Assembly: GCA_003971905.1 (NCBI GenBank) | Contig: RSEE01000032.1 | Coordinates: 372,001 to 436,000 of the forward strand | Source: Moniliella sp. 'wahieum' | Lineage: Eukaryota | Direction of reading: 5' to 3' | DNA: 64,000 nucleotides | The notes under the pieces: generated by a model | What the model saw: the letters and a program-made list of their open reading frames with translations, nothing else | Told to the model about the DNA's origin: nothing | Database searches by the model: none | Position numbers and translations under genes: made by a program | Shown: piece by piece, positions 26,401 to 40,238 of the stretch | Layout: the number at the start of each line of letters is the position of its first letter | Position numbering within the stretch: position 1 is the stretch's first letter

Positions 26401-29400
26401 CCCCGAGGGGATCACCTCGGCACAAACGCCCCTGGTCTGCGGCAACACCTCTTGCGGCTTGGTATCCTCAATGCAAAGGAAAGCGCCCGCCGCGCGCAAC
26501 GTAACGGGCACATGGGCGCCCGTCGGCCGTACCACCGTTGCCTTGGCCCGAGCGGTGGAGAGGGGCAAAGTGGCAGAGGAGCTGGCCTTGGGAGGGGGGT
26601 AAAGCACAGTGCGCGTCGCCTCCCACAGCGCCAAGTGGCGGGGGGAGATAAAGGCCTCGACTTCGGACAGGGTAGTGCAAGCATGCACAGACGCTTGGGC
26701 CAACAAGGCTTGGACGGGATCCAGCGAGCCGGGTGCAGGCGAAGCGTGGTGCCTTCCGCCGCCTTGGGAGGCCATGGAGCTGGTTTCGGATGGCCAGAGC
26801 AGCTGCGCCGCTTCCCGCAGCGCATGGGGTATGTTGACCACCAGCACCGTCCGCACCGCCGCACGCAGGGTCGGGGCGCAATCAGGGCAAAGTAGAGCAA
26901 GGCCGAGTAGGGGAGGAAGTTGTGGGGCCCGAGGCGGTGAGGTCGAGGACAAGGTCAAAGCCGAGGTCGTTTTGTGCGCACCAAGTTGCTAGGAGCGGGG
27001 TAGGTGCCTTGTCCCTCGGTCAGCGGGTCCAAGAGGGAGCACGCATGCGCCATCAGCGCGGTCAGGTCCACCTCGGCAGCCGGGACAAGAGCGGCAGTAT
27101 AGTACACCACAGGCCGCCGGCGCGCGAATCGGGCCCGACGCGCAAGATGGAACGCAAGAGCGTCTTGTCGGCCGCCGGCACTGGCATGCGCGACCGACGA
27201 AGCATCAGGTCCTGGTACGCCTCTTGCGCCAGCTCGGGCTGGGCAAAGAGAGGCACAAGCGCATCCTTGGCTGGGGGACCAGGTGCACCGGATCGTTGGA
27301 GGAGCGCAAGCAGCTGCGGATACAGCGCCCCGGTCTGCTCGGCCGTCGCCGCTTCCCGCGCGAAAGCAACTCCGACGCTCGTACGGCCAGCTCCGTGCCC
27401 AACTTTTCGCTGTTCTCCCACAGGTAGCGGTGCACCGCCGCCTGGTCCAGCCAGGCGTCGGGGTCCGGGTACCCGAGCGAAGCGAGAGCCAACGCCGATT
27501 CGCCGGCTCCCATCGCCCGCTTGCCAAGCCATCGTCGAGTGCAGGGAGGGGTGCGTTGGCCACCTGGTCCAAAAAGTTGGTTACCCTCCAAACGTTGCGC
27601 TTGAGGAACGCATTGAGCACCGTCATGTGCAGTTCCTTGTGCCCGCCAAACAGGTTGTTCGAGGCCAGCGTCTGGGGATCTTGGACACGAGCAAAAGCGT
27701 CCGGCGCGTCCGCCCTCGAGCGGGGGTCGAGCGTAAGGTCAACCAACTGCGGCGCGACAATCATGGGAGAGATGAACCGAGAGAAAGATGAAGCCACCGA
27801 CGCCCTGGTGAACCGCATGCGGAAAGCGATAGCATCAAGGTACGAACTGAGCGCCAATGCACGCAAGTCGCTCGGGATCTGGCCGCCGAAGTACAAATCG
27901 CATCGACAAAGGACTGGGCCAGCGTCTCGAGGGGTTTGCCGCGTGGCCAGCGCCCGCGCCGGCTCTTCCCCCAGCCCGGAGGCAGGCGGGATGGGTCAAT
28001 CTCACACGCATCGGCGCCCGCCGTCCGAGTGAGGTTCCACGTCAACCAGCAGTGGCCCGAGGAGAGAACGGAGGTAGGTGTAGCCGTGCATGCGAGCGTA
28101 GAGGGAGAGGAATGCGCGTGCGGAAGCTGTTGGATCGCAGCACCATCTCCTCGGCCGTTGTCAGATCCACCTCTTCCCGCAGCGCTAGGCACAAGAACGG
28201 CAGCCTTCCCACGCCCGGACAGCACCGAGAGCAACATGCGATCCACAGGCTCGGCCTCGGGCGCACGTGGCGCCTGGGCCACCGCAAGCGCCAATTGCAT
28301 CCCCCTCCCACGAGCAATCCATCATTTGCGCCTGCACTGTCGTCAAAGAGCCTAGCCCATTCCCATCTCCCCCGCTCCGGGGTCCCAGCTTCCTCGGCGG
28401 GCGGCAGGGCAAAGCTGCCCCCTTGGCCCAGCACACCCGCCAAGACTTGCATTGCTGCCGCGCGATTCGGCACGTCTCGGTCGTACGTGAGAGGCACGAG
28501 GAGCGTCAGGGCAGCATCGCATTGGCTGCGCCCACGCGAGCCAAGCAAGCAATCGCCGCTTCGGCCAACGGCCGGTCCGCCACCCGCTCACTCCGGTCCG
28601 CCAACGCGCCCGGGCCCGCACCGGCAACCGAGGCCGCATCGTGCAACGGCAAACACGCCCTCCGTGCCACGGGCAGCAGCGCCCGCAACAGTTGCGCGTA
28701 CACCCTTGTCCTGCCTTGCCGCGCACTGTCGCCCAACCGGAGCGAGGCGTCGTCGGGCCGAAGGGTCAGACCATGAGCCAGCTCGGCCGCAGCGGGCAAA
28801 GCGGCCCGGGCCAAGTCCCGGGCCAAACGGAGTGTGCTGCCCGACTGGTCCACGGGCTCGTCTGTGCTCCAAGCGACGAGGGCATGGAGCAAGTGGTTTT
28901 TCACCCGCGCCGCATGGGAGAGAAGGAGCAGGTCCGGATGGGCCAGCACAGTACGAGCCAAGCTGGCCAGGGAGGTGCGCACTCGCATCGCTCGGTCATC
29001 GGGAACCAGCGCCGTGGCGTACTCGGCACACAGGACCAGCAGCGGGCCCAAGTCAACCAGAGGCGCATCGGGGGCCGGGGCAGTGGCCTCAGCGACAACC
29101 CGGGCGGCCAAAGCAAGCAGGACCGCAACGCTGTGCTCGACCAGCCGCGTGTTGGGTGGCACAACGTGGGGCAGACCATCGGTCGAGGCGGTAAAAACGA
29201 GCGCAATGGCAGTGTGGATGTGAGTGGCCAGCGGGGCAGACAGACGAGGAGACAGGTCGGTCGAAAGCGTTTCCTTGATCTTCTCGCGAACGAGCAAACT
29301 CTCGCTGCTCAACAGCTCCACCGCCGTGTGAAGGAAACTGTCAATCTGCGCCGAGTCGCCGCTCTGGAGACAGGCGCCGCCAAGCGAGGCAAGCAGCCCG

Positions 29401-32400
29401 CCTAGGTTGTGCCAGTACGTCACCTTGTCCTCCGTCGCGTCCGCCTCAGGCCGGGCCACCACGCGGGTCAGCCCCGTCCAGCGGCGATGGGCCTCGCTCC
29501 ATGCCCGCTGTGTCGCTGCATCCGCCACGGGGATGGGCGGAGGGCAGCGCGAATGCGGCGCTGCTGTGCCACCCGCCAACATAGACCGTGGAGGAAGCAA
29601 CCAAGTCGTCGTACAGGTGCGCCCAATGCCCACTTCGCTCCCATGCCGGCTCCTTGCCAAGGTCGGATTGAGAAGGGTGAGCAAGATGCTGAGTCAACGC
29701 TTCCCCAAGCGCCATTGCGTCCTGGCATACGTCCGGGTCAGGCTGGCTCAACGCCATGAGCAATGCTGCATCCACCACCGATAATGTCCAGCCCGCCTCG
29801 GCGGCATGGAGGGCGACCAGAGCATGTTCTGGCCCTGCATTGACGCGGGGGCTCGGCACGGGCCAAGTGCGCCTCGGCCCGCACGCACATCCAAAGCAAG
29901 GAGAGTGCGGCCTTGGCCTCGGTGGGCGTTGGCGCCCGCAACAGCCGCTGGGCAAAGATGCCCCACGTACCCAGCCCGGCCAGCGCGCGTGCCATGGCCC
30001 TCGGCGCCTCGCTGCGTTGCCCGAACCAGCAGCCTTGGCGCTGTGCACACATCTTGCAGCAGAAACGTCGCGGCGGGCAGGCGGAGCATGCTCCAGTTCC
30101 GCATCGTCAACGTGTACGCCACCGACCAGAACAGAGCCAGGGGGGTATCGACCGAAGCGCATTCTTGCAGGAACGGCTCGGTAAAGACCACCTTGGATCC
30201 GCCTTGCAGCGTCGCAGACCCTTGGTTGCCTACCCCTGCCACAATTTGCGGCGGTGGCGGAAGGGGCGCCGCATCTTCGACCAGAGCGTGCGACCAGAGC
30301 ATCGCATCCTCGTTCCATACCAGCAACAACATCCTCAGCACTTCCAGCTTGGCTCCCGTCTCGTCCCGTGCCGCCGAGCCTGTCGTGCGGGCGATTCGAT
30401 GGAGGAAGATTGGCCGCGGCTAAAAGGTCGCTTGCCGGAGTTGGACACCCCGCGTCCCCGTCCACCGCTCGGAGGGGAGGCGAAGGCGGGCGCGAGTTGC
30501 CAGAGCCGGCAGGGGTGCGTACGAGGGAGAGCAGTGTGTGCTTGAACACGGCCCGGAGCGCCGGCGCCAACGGCAACAGAGCCCGAACCGGTCCCGCACT
30601 CGTACTCCCACCTCGCCCGATCGGCAAGAGGAGGGTGAGCAGAGCTTTGGCCACGGCCAACTTGGCGTAGATGGAGGTATGCAGACTCAGGCAGGCCACC
30701 CATGTCTCCACAGCTTGGGTGGATCGAGGATCAGCGAGGCACGCAACAGCTCACTTGCTAGCACCGCCATCTCGTCCGCTGCCATCACTTCCGACTCTCC
30801 CGGCCATCCGCGGGGAGAAGCGGGGTCAAGACCCCTCACGCAAGTCGCCTTCCACACTGCCGCCACCGTGCGGGCCGCGCTGGCGCCAGGCGCATCATGG
30901 GGCAATTGGGTTGCACCGCGCAGTAGATCGGTCGCGGCGTGGATGGCAGCGGCAAGCTCAATCGAAGAGGCGTTGCGGGCACGAAGAATGCGAGTTGAGG
31001 AGATCGACAAAGGGGTGGTGATGATGCGGATCGCCCCTGCGCCCGAGGGCGAGTGCCTTGCGTACGCCACTATCGTGCGAAGAGGCGACATCGGCAGCCA
31101 TTGAGGCCATGGCCGCAAGCCGTTCCGGATAGAGCTGCAACAGGGTGGCGATCAGGGACCAGAACGTCGGCGTCCGACGCATCTGGGGGCACCAAGAAGC
31201 GTGTCGAGCAGCGTCTCACCGCTGGCGTCAAAGGGGCGGAGAGGCAGGCGGGCAAGTTCGTTGGGGTGGTAGGTTGCCCACATGGCTACCGCCCGACGAA
31301 GAGCAAGGGCAAGGGCACGCTGCTGGTGCGAGGCAAGGGCGGTGGGTCTGCGCGCGCCGGGGGGCGGGGAGGATTGTCCCTGGGTGGAAGTGTTGGTTAT
31401 TGCACCGGCGGGCGGCGGCAGCCGAAGGAAGAACGAGGGCATCGCGAACATCAGCCAAGACTTGCTCCAAACGGGACCGATCGAGGTTCAGGCAGGTGAA
31501 AAGACGCAGGTCAGCAGCAGCGCCTTCTCCCCCGTCGGCGGCAGCAGCGGCAGCTGCCAAGGTGGCAAGGCGGGAGCGAAGGCGGGTGCGTACGACGGCC
31601 CAATTGGACGACGAGAGGAAGAGGATGGCCATAGCAGCGTTGGCGCCGAGCGAAGCGGCGAGCATCTTGGTCTCGTGCGCGACGCTCGACGGCGCAGGCG
31701 GGTCGGGGGAGGGTGGCACGCGCATAGACACCCGGACGAAGCCAGTAAGGATTCAGCTCTGGGGTTCCTCCTCGTCGGGGAGCAGCGTGAAGGGCGACAA
31801 GGGGAGAGAGGAAAGGTGCGAGACTCGCCGGAAAGCCTGGAGGCAAAGAGAGGAGAGGAGTCCAGCCCAAGCTCAGCAGATCGGCATCGGGCGCGCCATC
31901 GGGAGCATAGATGAGCGGCTGAGCCAACGGGTCCCGATCGTCGGCAGCGGCGGCGGCGGCAGCAGCAGCAGCAGCAGCGGCCGCAGAAGATGCCGCCGCC
32001 GCAATCGCCGCCGCCGAGGCCGTGGACGAAGGCGTTGAGCCGGACCCTGGGCCAGTAGCATCCGAGGGGGGGAGGTGCTGGCCCGTGGCGGCGGCAGCAG
32101 CGGCAGCGCTGGCGGCAGCAGCAGCAGCGGAAGCAGTGGCAGCAGCGGAAGTGGCAGCGTCCGAAGCAGAGGAAGGGGAAGCAGTGGTGGCAGCAGCGGC
32201 AGACGAAGGCGAGGAGGACTCGGTGCGATGGACTGCAATGCGGACGCAGGCGAGCAGGGCGGCGAGCACGGTTTGGGCGAGGGGGTCGTCAAGCGAAGGA
32301 GGGTCGGGCCAGGGGCCGAGGGACGGGGAGGGGGGGAGGGGGACGGCGGCGCGCCAGTGGGCAAAGAGGATGGCGACGAGGACGCGGGTGAGGAGGAGGG

Positions 32401-32759
32401 TGCTGGCCAGTGCATCGCGGGCGGTGGGGCGGTCGTCGCGGGCAGCGGTGGCCTGGGCTACGAGACGCTCGAGATGGGGGAGGAGAGAGCGGACGATGCG
32501 TGGGAGCTGGCCGGGCGCGGTGGCGAGGCGGACGAGGGCGGCGACGGCGGTGCGGACGCGGGGGTCGCGCTCCAGGACGGCAAGTGGAGCGCCGGTAGTG
32601 GAGGGAAGGGAGGCGACGAGGCGAGGCGGGGTGAGCGGGCGAAGAGGACGGTGGGGGGGAGGGGGGGGGGGGGGGGGGGGGGGTCGAGCTCGGGGTCGGC
32701 GGGGCGCTGGAGGGCGCGGGGGGGGGACGCAGCGGGAGCGGCGGCGGCGGCGGCGGCAT
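23424..32759 (-). CDS. Neurofibromin/Ira1-Ira2-like large Ras GTPase-activating protein, heavily frameshifted
   Basis: ILFLSSSNWAVVRTRL, YWHNLGGLLASLGG, VREKIKETL, RasGAP-type EEMVLRSNS and RFISPMIVAP, ALNAALLNL...LRMGSYSLL, WRARLTSLVTAAAFQFNPYLQTRAFVLLGSL and LFWIAIAMLQ. Size about 9 kb. Confidence 0.85.
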
Positions 32760-33797
32760 GGGGAGGGGGATGGGGGGGATGGTCAGGTGGAGGATGGAAG
32801 GCGTGCGGTGGGAGCAGTGTGGCAGCCGCCGGCGCGCTCACCGGTCGCGCACGCGCTCACGCACCAGCGCATCCGAGCCCGTCCGAGTCGGTCAGAGCCC
32901 GTCAGCGGCCCAGCGCTGAGGCTCAGCGCTCCGCGCCCCCAGCGCTCCGCCCGCCGCGGCGCCCCGTGCGCCCCATGCGTGATGCATGACGCCCAGCTCG
33001 GCAGGCGCCGCCCTGCGCTGCCACGCCCCGCCTCGCCCGCCCCCGCCGGCACGCGGCCAGTGTGTGCGCGCGCGGCGCCACGCCCCCCGCACGCGGCCAG
33101 TGCCGCCGCCGATCGCCCGGGCACTCGGCCGGTGCTGCCCGAGGCGGCGGCGCTGGGCACGGGTGGCCTGGTGCCGGCGGGGCGAGGGCGGCAGCCGCAG
33201 GGGGTCGGTGAGCAGGGCGCCGGCAGGCGCGTGTGGTGGTGTGATGCAGATGTGATGCAGATGTGATGCGCCAGGGCGCAGGGGCTGGTTGGGGCCGCAC
33301 CGCGGCCTGGGTGGGTGCGGTTGGGTTGGCGCGCCGAGGCGCAGGGCGACAGACGGGACGCAGGCCGACGCCGGGCGTGGCAGCGCACGCGTGTCTGGCC
33401 GGCCTCTCGATGCTCCAAGCCCCAAGCCGCTCTGCGCCACATCCGCTGGGGTACGCTGACTCAGACGCACTAGTAACCGTAACTAGTAACCCCCTGCATG
33501 CAGAGGCTGCGTTGAACGTTCAACTTGGGCCGTCCCTCAGCCACACCGCCTAGTCCGTCGCTCTCGGCCGCAGTCCACACACGCAGCCCAACCGAGGGGA
33601 CTACTCGTGCGGTACCGATCGCTTCGTTAGGCGCTAGGGCCGCTTTCACTTGTGCGTCTACTACGCCCGCGGCGATATTCATATGGGCGTGGCACTGCCA
33701 CACACCCGAAAGTACATACCAAACGCCATACAGTGCACGAAGCAGCAACCTGCCTCATAATCGTCAAGGGTACTGAGCAACTGACCGCTATGCGGTA

Positions 33798-34860
33798 ACC
33801 ATATCATTGACAGAACGTAACGCTGTTGGGACAAAGAAACACTGCGCCTAAGCAGACCCAAAGTTCATCCGACGTGTGCTGCTTGTTAGCGCCAACCCGG
33901 TTTAAGGAACCAGGGTAATCTACAGGAGATCAGGCCCCTCTGGTGCCCGCCATCCGTTCCCACACCGGGGAAGAGCGTGTGGATACGGATGAACGTGGTA
34001 CATAGACATCCGAACGGTGAACCATCTCCATTGAAAGTCAGTATCAAGACCTTCCATTCCCAAGCATCTTGCCCGGCGCTGTTATCCTCTCCTCGCGTCG
34101 TCAAACCAAGGGGGCAAACGGTCTTGGGTGCGTCCCTAGTACTTTTTGTTGGGGTCTACGTCGCATTCCCTGCTTGTTCCAGCCGCCGAAGCAGGTCCTT
34201 CTCCCGGCGTTCCAAAGGCGTCATGGCGCTCCCATGTGCCACCTTCCGGTACACGCTCTGCGCCTCCTGCGTTCCCGGGTCACGTAGGGTGTGGTCCACC
34301 TCCATCTCAGATCCTCCGAGTACACCAGGTCCCATAAACACGGTAGTCTCCAATCGCCTTCCTCCCACGCCTCGACCCATCCTCCTCCTTCACAGTGGGT
34401 CATTGTAGGTGTGGGTGTCGGGAATGGCGCGCACGAGCTGGAGAATGGGTGTCCTCATTGCCTCGTGCAAAGCATCAAACAGGGTAGTGCAAGCCATATG
34501 ATGTGCTCAACAGGACATAACGCCACACTTGCACTCATGCTGCGCGTGGAACGGCACAGCGTGTGGAGCTGGAGATCAGCTGAACCTGCTTATCGGGAGC
34601 CGGAGGCTCACGACTATGAGGATTGGGAGAGGAGAGCAAGGATAATTGAGCGCAGTGCTGAGATGGACCACATTGCGACCGTTGACGTCGTCAAGCATCT
34701 GGAACAGTTCCTGCTGGCTCTTCTTCTCCCACCTCTCCCGGCAGCGCTGGCGCTGCGTCGTAGCCGGGTTACGCTCGCCCCACTGATCCAGGAAGGCGGC
34801 ACGAAAACCAGGCCAAGAGTGAAGGCGGGGCGCGGTGCGCGCCAGTGCAGTAGAGGATAT
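33798..34860 (-). mobile_element. Degenerate ~1.06-kb copy (copy 3) of the CRE/RLE-like non-LTR retrotransposon (post-RT region, Zn knuckle, restriction-like endonuclease, 3' UTR)
   Basis: The nucleotide sequence aligns with 40260-40640 (AAGTAC.AGGGACGCAC.CAAGA..TTGACGACGCGAGGA..TGTCAATGATATGG). Translated remnants: QRQR, ECKCG..HHMAC..LHE (CCHC + RH-like), EVDHT, and a PL.LTTRG block. Confidence 0.75.
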
Positions 34861-36620
34861 TAACGGTCGTTGGCCGCCTGTCGCCTTCCAATCTCGCAAG
34901 TCATCTGGCCTGAACTCGACGCGGCACCCAGGTACTGGGGTAGAGCCCGTGTAGTCCAAACTCGAGCTCTTGGCGACGGACCGCGGTGCGCCGGTGGTGG
35001 GGTGCGTGTCTGTCGACGACGATTCTATCGACAGCGCATTGGCCAACTGTGGTATTACCTCGCGATCCTCGTTGGTCCCTTGCCACGGTTCCGCATCCAC
35101 CCCACCATGCCTTGACGGTCCGCGACGGTCCTTGCGGCACGCTAACCAGGTCGAAGTCCCCGGCGACCTGCCCATCCACGCTGCCATCCATCACGCCCAC
35201 GACTCAGCCTTGGCGAGCCACGAAGGGCGTGACAAGACGCGGGTCCGTGTTCGCACTCCATATTGGTGGCCGCGCCTGTCAGCCGACAGTGGGCCTATAC
35301 GTGCGCTTGTGCGACCGCTGTCAACGGACCAAACCGCTGCTTTGCCACCAGCCCACCGGACAAGCTCGGCCCTTCCCCCTTCTCCCCAAGGCCCGTGGAC
35401 CCACTTTGACGATGGATCATATTACCCAGCTCCCCCGATCTAACGGTTATACAAGGCGATTTTGGTGGTGGTGGATCGGCTCGCCAAAATGGGTGCAATT
35501 CGTTCCAGCCCACACGATGACACCGCGCCACGGCTCGCACGCCAGTTTGTACACCATGTCTTTCGCTACCATGACCTTCCTCGAGATGTGGTGATGAGTG
35601 GTCGCGGTCCGACCTTCACGAGCCACTTCGGGAAAGCCTTGTGTGCCGACCTGGGTATCAAGTTGAGCCTTAGCGCCGCGTACCACCCCAATACGGACGG
35701 CCAGACTGAGCGACTCAACCCGATCCTCGAGCAATACCTTCGCTGGTACCTCGCGAGCAACTGTCCAGTTGCTTTGACCCGCTCCCCAAGGCCAAAATTG
35801 CCTACACCTTCCCCCCCCCACTCGAGCACCACCAGTCCCCCTTTGTCCTCACGTATTGTTCCTACCCCCGGGGGGAATTGGAGCCGCTCCTTGGCCCGTG
35901 CCCGACGCTGCGTCGTACCTTGAGGATTTGCGTTCGGCCCGGGTGGTGGCCTGCCGGACGCTCGCCGTTGCTCAAGAACGCTACCATCACTATGCCGACC
36001 AGCGGCGACCGAGGCGGCTCCCTTCACTGCTGGCCAGCCTGTCTGGTCCACCAGGATAGTCGAGGCCGTCACTTCTCTCGGCTCCTTTTCCGCTGGATCG
36101 AGCCTCCGCCTCCTCTTCCCCGAATAAGCTGCCAACGGTGCGGTTCATCACGAGGTGGAAACACGTCCTCGGCTCTCGCCGCAAGGGCCATGGGGGCAGA
36201 TTGAGTATAGGATTGAGTACTTCGTCCACTTCCGAGCGATCCCATCCACGAGCGGGAGCGGGGTTCCCGCCGCGGACCATATCTCGTGACGCCGAGCCGG
36301 TGGTCCGTCTCCATGCCCTCTCCCGCGATACGCCCGCCTCTCATGCCCGCCCACTCGCCCTCTCTCGTCTCTGTCGCCGCCCGAGAGACGAGTCTGAAAG
36401 GGGCAAGGTCATGGTTTGGCTGATCTCGCTCCCATGTCCAATTTCTTCGTCTGAGCGTGTTTTGCTCTTTCCCTGTTTCTCAGTCCGCTTCGCACCGTGT
36501 CCTTCTCTCTCTTGCCCGCGAACGAACTGCTATCCCTCCTAGCCTAGTCCCGACTGTGTCTCCTTCGTCTTAGCCGTGGCCCCAAGAGATCCGTTCTCTC
36601 CAGTGCGGTCATGCTGACGG
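34860..36620 (+). mobile_element. Decayed Ty3/Gypsy LTR retrotransposon pol remnant (RNase H fragment, integrase, possible chromodomain/LTR)
   Basis: PVAFQSRK; HHCC HDS..SHEGRDKT..YWWP..YVRLCDRCQRTK; catalytic MDHITQLPRSNGY..VVVDRLAKM and SAAYHPNTDGQTERLNPILEQYLR. A purine tract at about 36396-36408 may be a PPT. Many lesions; the right boundary is approximate. Confidence 0.88.
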
Positions 36621-37204
36621 GTGTGCGCGGATACTATGACACCAACTAGAGGTGGTCAGCGAGGTGAGATATATGGAGTACGCAAAAGCCTTATTAGGGG
36701 AAGAGTCGACGGCAACAAAAACTCTCAGAAGAGGGAGTGCTGGTTGGAGGCCATCTCTACTATATCGAGGTGCAGGCCTATGCCAGAAAGAAAAGGAGCT
36801 CCACGCTGCACACAGGGAGTGGGGCGATGGAGGATGCTGGGTGGATGCGGGGGGCAGGCGGGGGCGGAACGGACGGAGTGGGCGGGTGCGGCAGAGGCGG
36901 GTGGCGGGTGGCGGGCAGGCGGGATTATAGGCTGCCGTGGTGTGGGGAGGCTGTCCTGTCCCATGGATCGGATGGGGACGGCGGCCGCACGGGGGCAGCG
37001 GGCGTTCGGGGCGGAGGCGCTGGCCCATGGAGGTCCATGGAGCATGCACGGAGGCCGACGCGTGTGGGAGTGCGCGGCGCGCCGTGCGGGACCACAGCCG
37101 AGGGCAGCACGGCGCCTGTGCTGGCGGGCGGCCGTGGGGCGGCAGGGCGCGGCCCGAGTGGCGCCAGATTGGGCGCGCAGACGCCGGCAGAGGCAGGATG
37201 CGTG

Positions 37205-39909
37205 ATGGCGGTGCGTGAGCTTGCCGTCGGCCAAGACAGGCTGGGACAGCAGGCCGAGGCGGTCGCAGCACTGCGTCCCCCCGCCGCGCCGCGCCGACAG
37301 TATACCCGCCAGCAGACGCAGCAGCCATCGATAAGCACCGCCTACACCGCCACCGCTTCGGGCCAGCGCCCCCCCCCCCCATCCGCCTCCATGTCGCAGC
37401 TGTCGCCTGAGGCGTCTGCCTCCGCCGCGTCCGCGCGCGCCGCCGGCCGTCTTGCCGGCGTCGCCCGCAATGGTTCCGCCACCGCAGCCCCTCCCCCACC
37501 CCCGACCCCGCCTTCCGCCTCGCACACGCCCCATCCGCTCCCAGAGCACCTCCTCCGCCCTCCCGCCCTCCGCTCCCCCGCGCCCGCGCCTACTGCCGCT
37601 ACGCCAGCCCCCCCTCGGCCGCACTCGCCTCCCGCCGTCGCTGTCTCGGCCGCCGGCCCCTCCTCCGACCGCCCGCCAGTGGCACCAGCAGCAAGCGCCA
37701 CACACCGTCAGTGGCTTCGCCGACGCTCCGTCCCCCTGCCCGCTTCCGACGACCCGCCCCTGTCCAGCCCCGGCCCGGTGCCCGCTGTCGAGCGCTCTGC
37801 TTCCCCCACACGCACGCCCGCCTTCTTCCACATCTCCTCCCGCGTCCAGGCCGCTGCTCACGTGCTCACCCCCACCTCCAGCGCCGACCGGGAGCAGGAG
37901 CCCGATCCCAACCTCCTCGCCCGCACCCGCTCCATCCCTCTCCCCGCCACCGCTGCCTCTGTCCAGCGCCAAAATAGTGCCGGCCCAGGCCACCGTCTCG
38001 GATCGACGGTTGCTTCTGCATGGCGCAGCCCGCGCGGCCGCTCGCTTCCTCGGCCCAAGTGCCTGCCTCTGCCGCCACCGCCCCGGCAGGCTCTTCTGTC
38101 CCCGCCCGTTCCTCCTCTAACCGCCTGGCCAGCTCAGTGCCGCGAGCCCGCCCCTGGCTCGGACCAGGGCGCCAACCCGATCCATCCGCTCCGCCTCATC
38201 CCGCAGATGGACCCGTTGCGAGCCCAGGCTTCCTTCTTTGGCCCGGTCGAACGCTACGTGGAACAGGACGGCGAGGCAATAGCCATTGGCCGCTTCACCT
38301 CGCGTGCCCCTTGGCCCCCCGAAACAGAAGGCGAGCCTACCACCGCCACGGATTTCTGCTGCGCCCAGTGATTCGCCCGCGCAACACACGGCCGATGCCG
38401 ATGCCGACGCTGAGGCCGAGGCAGATGCCCATCCCACCCCTCCCCCTCGCATCAAGGGCGGCGGTATTCCAAACTTAAATGGCGGCCCCGAGGAGGTGGA
38501 GCGTCTGCGCGTTGCGTTCCCAGCCAAGGTGGTGTCCGGGGAACACTGTCAAATCTGGTGCACCTATTCGCTGCCTGCGTCGGTCGAGGCTGCGCGGGTC
38601 AGCTCGGGGTCGGACGAGCTGATGCGAACATTCGCTCCCCGTGTCGGAACGGCACAGTGGCAAGCAGCTCGTCGGCGCGCTGGAGGCTCGGCCGCGGCGC
38701 AGGGTACCCTGCACTGGTGGCTTCGCGATCTGGGCAGCAGTGCCGGCACGTTTCTAACCACCAGCGCATCTCCCCGTCTGGCACGCTCTCCATCCCACGC
38801 GAGCTGCACGATGGCGATGTGATCCAGTTGGGGGTGGACTATGCCAGGGACGCGACGAGTTGTTCCGTGCCGTTCGAATGCGCATCGAACTCCACCCCAG
38901 CTCTTCCCGCGTCGGCGGGGAGTACATGGGCCAGGCGCAACGCCAACTTGCCCAACTCCAACATACCGACCTCGAGCCACCCGCCGCTCGGCGTCGCAAG
39001 CAACAAAACGTGTGGCGCTGGCCGATGCTGCATCTGTGCGTCCTCATCTGATTTCGTCTTGTGTCCCTCTTCTTCTTTGTCCCCTTCCCATCGGGGCTGA
39101 ATGTGGATACGTGTGGCGTGGATGCTAACCTGTTTGCTCTGTCCCCTTTGCCGTTTCCACTACAGTCTCTATGGCGTGGCGGTGGCTCAAGCCTTGTTTG
39201 TGGCGCCTTGTTCCCACACGTTTCACTTTAAGTGCATCCGTCCTTTACTCTCCCGCACCCACCCGGGCTTAGCTGTCCGCTCTGCCGTGCCTTTTTCGAT
39301 CTGGATGAGGATGTGGACGATGTGGAGTACATTTCCGCCTCCTCCTTCTGACCCCGCCCCGCCTCCGCCCACCGCGTCCAGCACCACCCCGGCTCCAGCG
39401 CGCGCATCTACTGCGCCCATCGCCAGCGCCGGCCCAGGCTCCGGCCTTACCTCGACCTCGTCCTCTGCCCTACCAAGTTCCAGTGCCCTGCCCATCCCAT
39501 CCCCGCTCCGGTACCCGAAGAAGAACCGAGCGTGGTGCAGGACGTGCTGACGCCCGTTGGCTCGCCGACCGACGACGCGTGGGCACTCACTGGGCCCGGC
39601 ACCCCGCCCGCCGAGGGCTACCCTCGCTCTCGACCCTGGGCGAGTCGGTCTTGGCCGAAGTAGCGAGCGGGTCGACGGGTACGCTGCCCGCGTCCTGCGC
39701 CGACGCAGCCGCGTGCGCCGCGCCCTGGTCTCCCCCAGACTTATGGCTCCGTTCCTCCTCCTGCTTCGGCAGGTCCCGCCCCAGTCACGTTGGCGTCCGT
39801 CGCCAAGACTGCCGCTGCCCCTGCCCCTGAGCCGACGTCCACCTCGATTCCCGCGGCGACTGCGTCGAGTGGGCGCCTGGCCGAGCCAGTTGACGAGACG
39901 GCGGCCTAA
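37205..39909 (+). CDS. DMA1: FHA + RING-H2 E3 ubiquitin ligase (Dma1/Dma2-like)
   Basis: IAIGRFT, VAFPAKVVSGEHCQIW, WLRDLGSSAGTFL, ELHDGDVIQLGVDY; RING CCIC|LYGVAVAQALFVAPCSHTFHFKCIRPLL..CPLC. Intron at about 39038-39165. Ends approximate. Confidence 0.85.
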
Positions 39910-40238
39910 GGGGAAGAGGAAGGAATCAAGGCAGGGGGGTTCGGGGTTTCCACTCCTTTTTTTCTGCCCTTGTTACCTTGTTATTTTCCTTCCTTTCCTT
40001 TCCTTTCCTTTCCTTTTCCTTTCCTTTCCTTCCTTTCCTTGCGCTTTCTCATGTGCTTACGTCTATCTTCATACCCTTCTACACGTCGCGTGGGTGGAAC
40101 ATTGAGACGTATGGGAGGTGGATATGTCGCTTGCGGCCGCCTCTTGTCCGTAGACCACACACAGCCCGCACCGGAGCGATAGTTCCCCTCTGCGCACGGA
40201 GCGCAAGACAAAGACTAGAGCGAATATAAGTTAAATCT

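Noticed and set aside
39955..40040. (CCTTT)n pyrimidine tract
   Set aside because: An ordinary 3'-UTR microsatellite downstream of DMA1.
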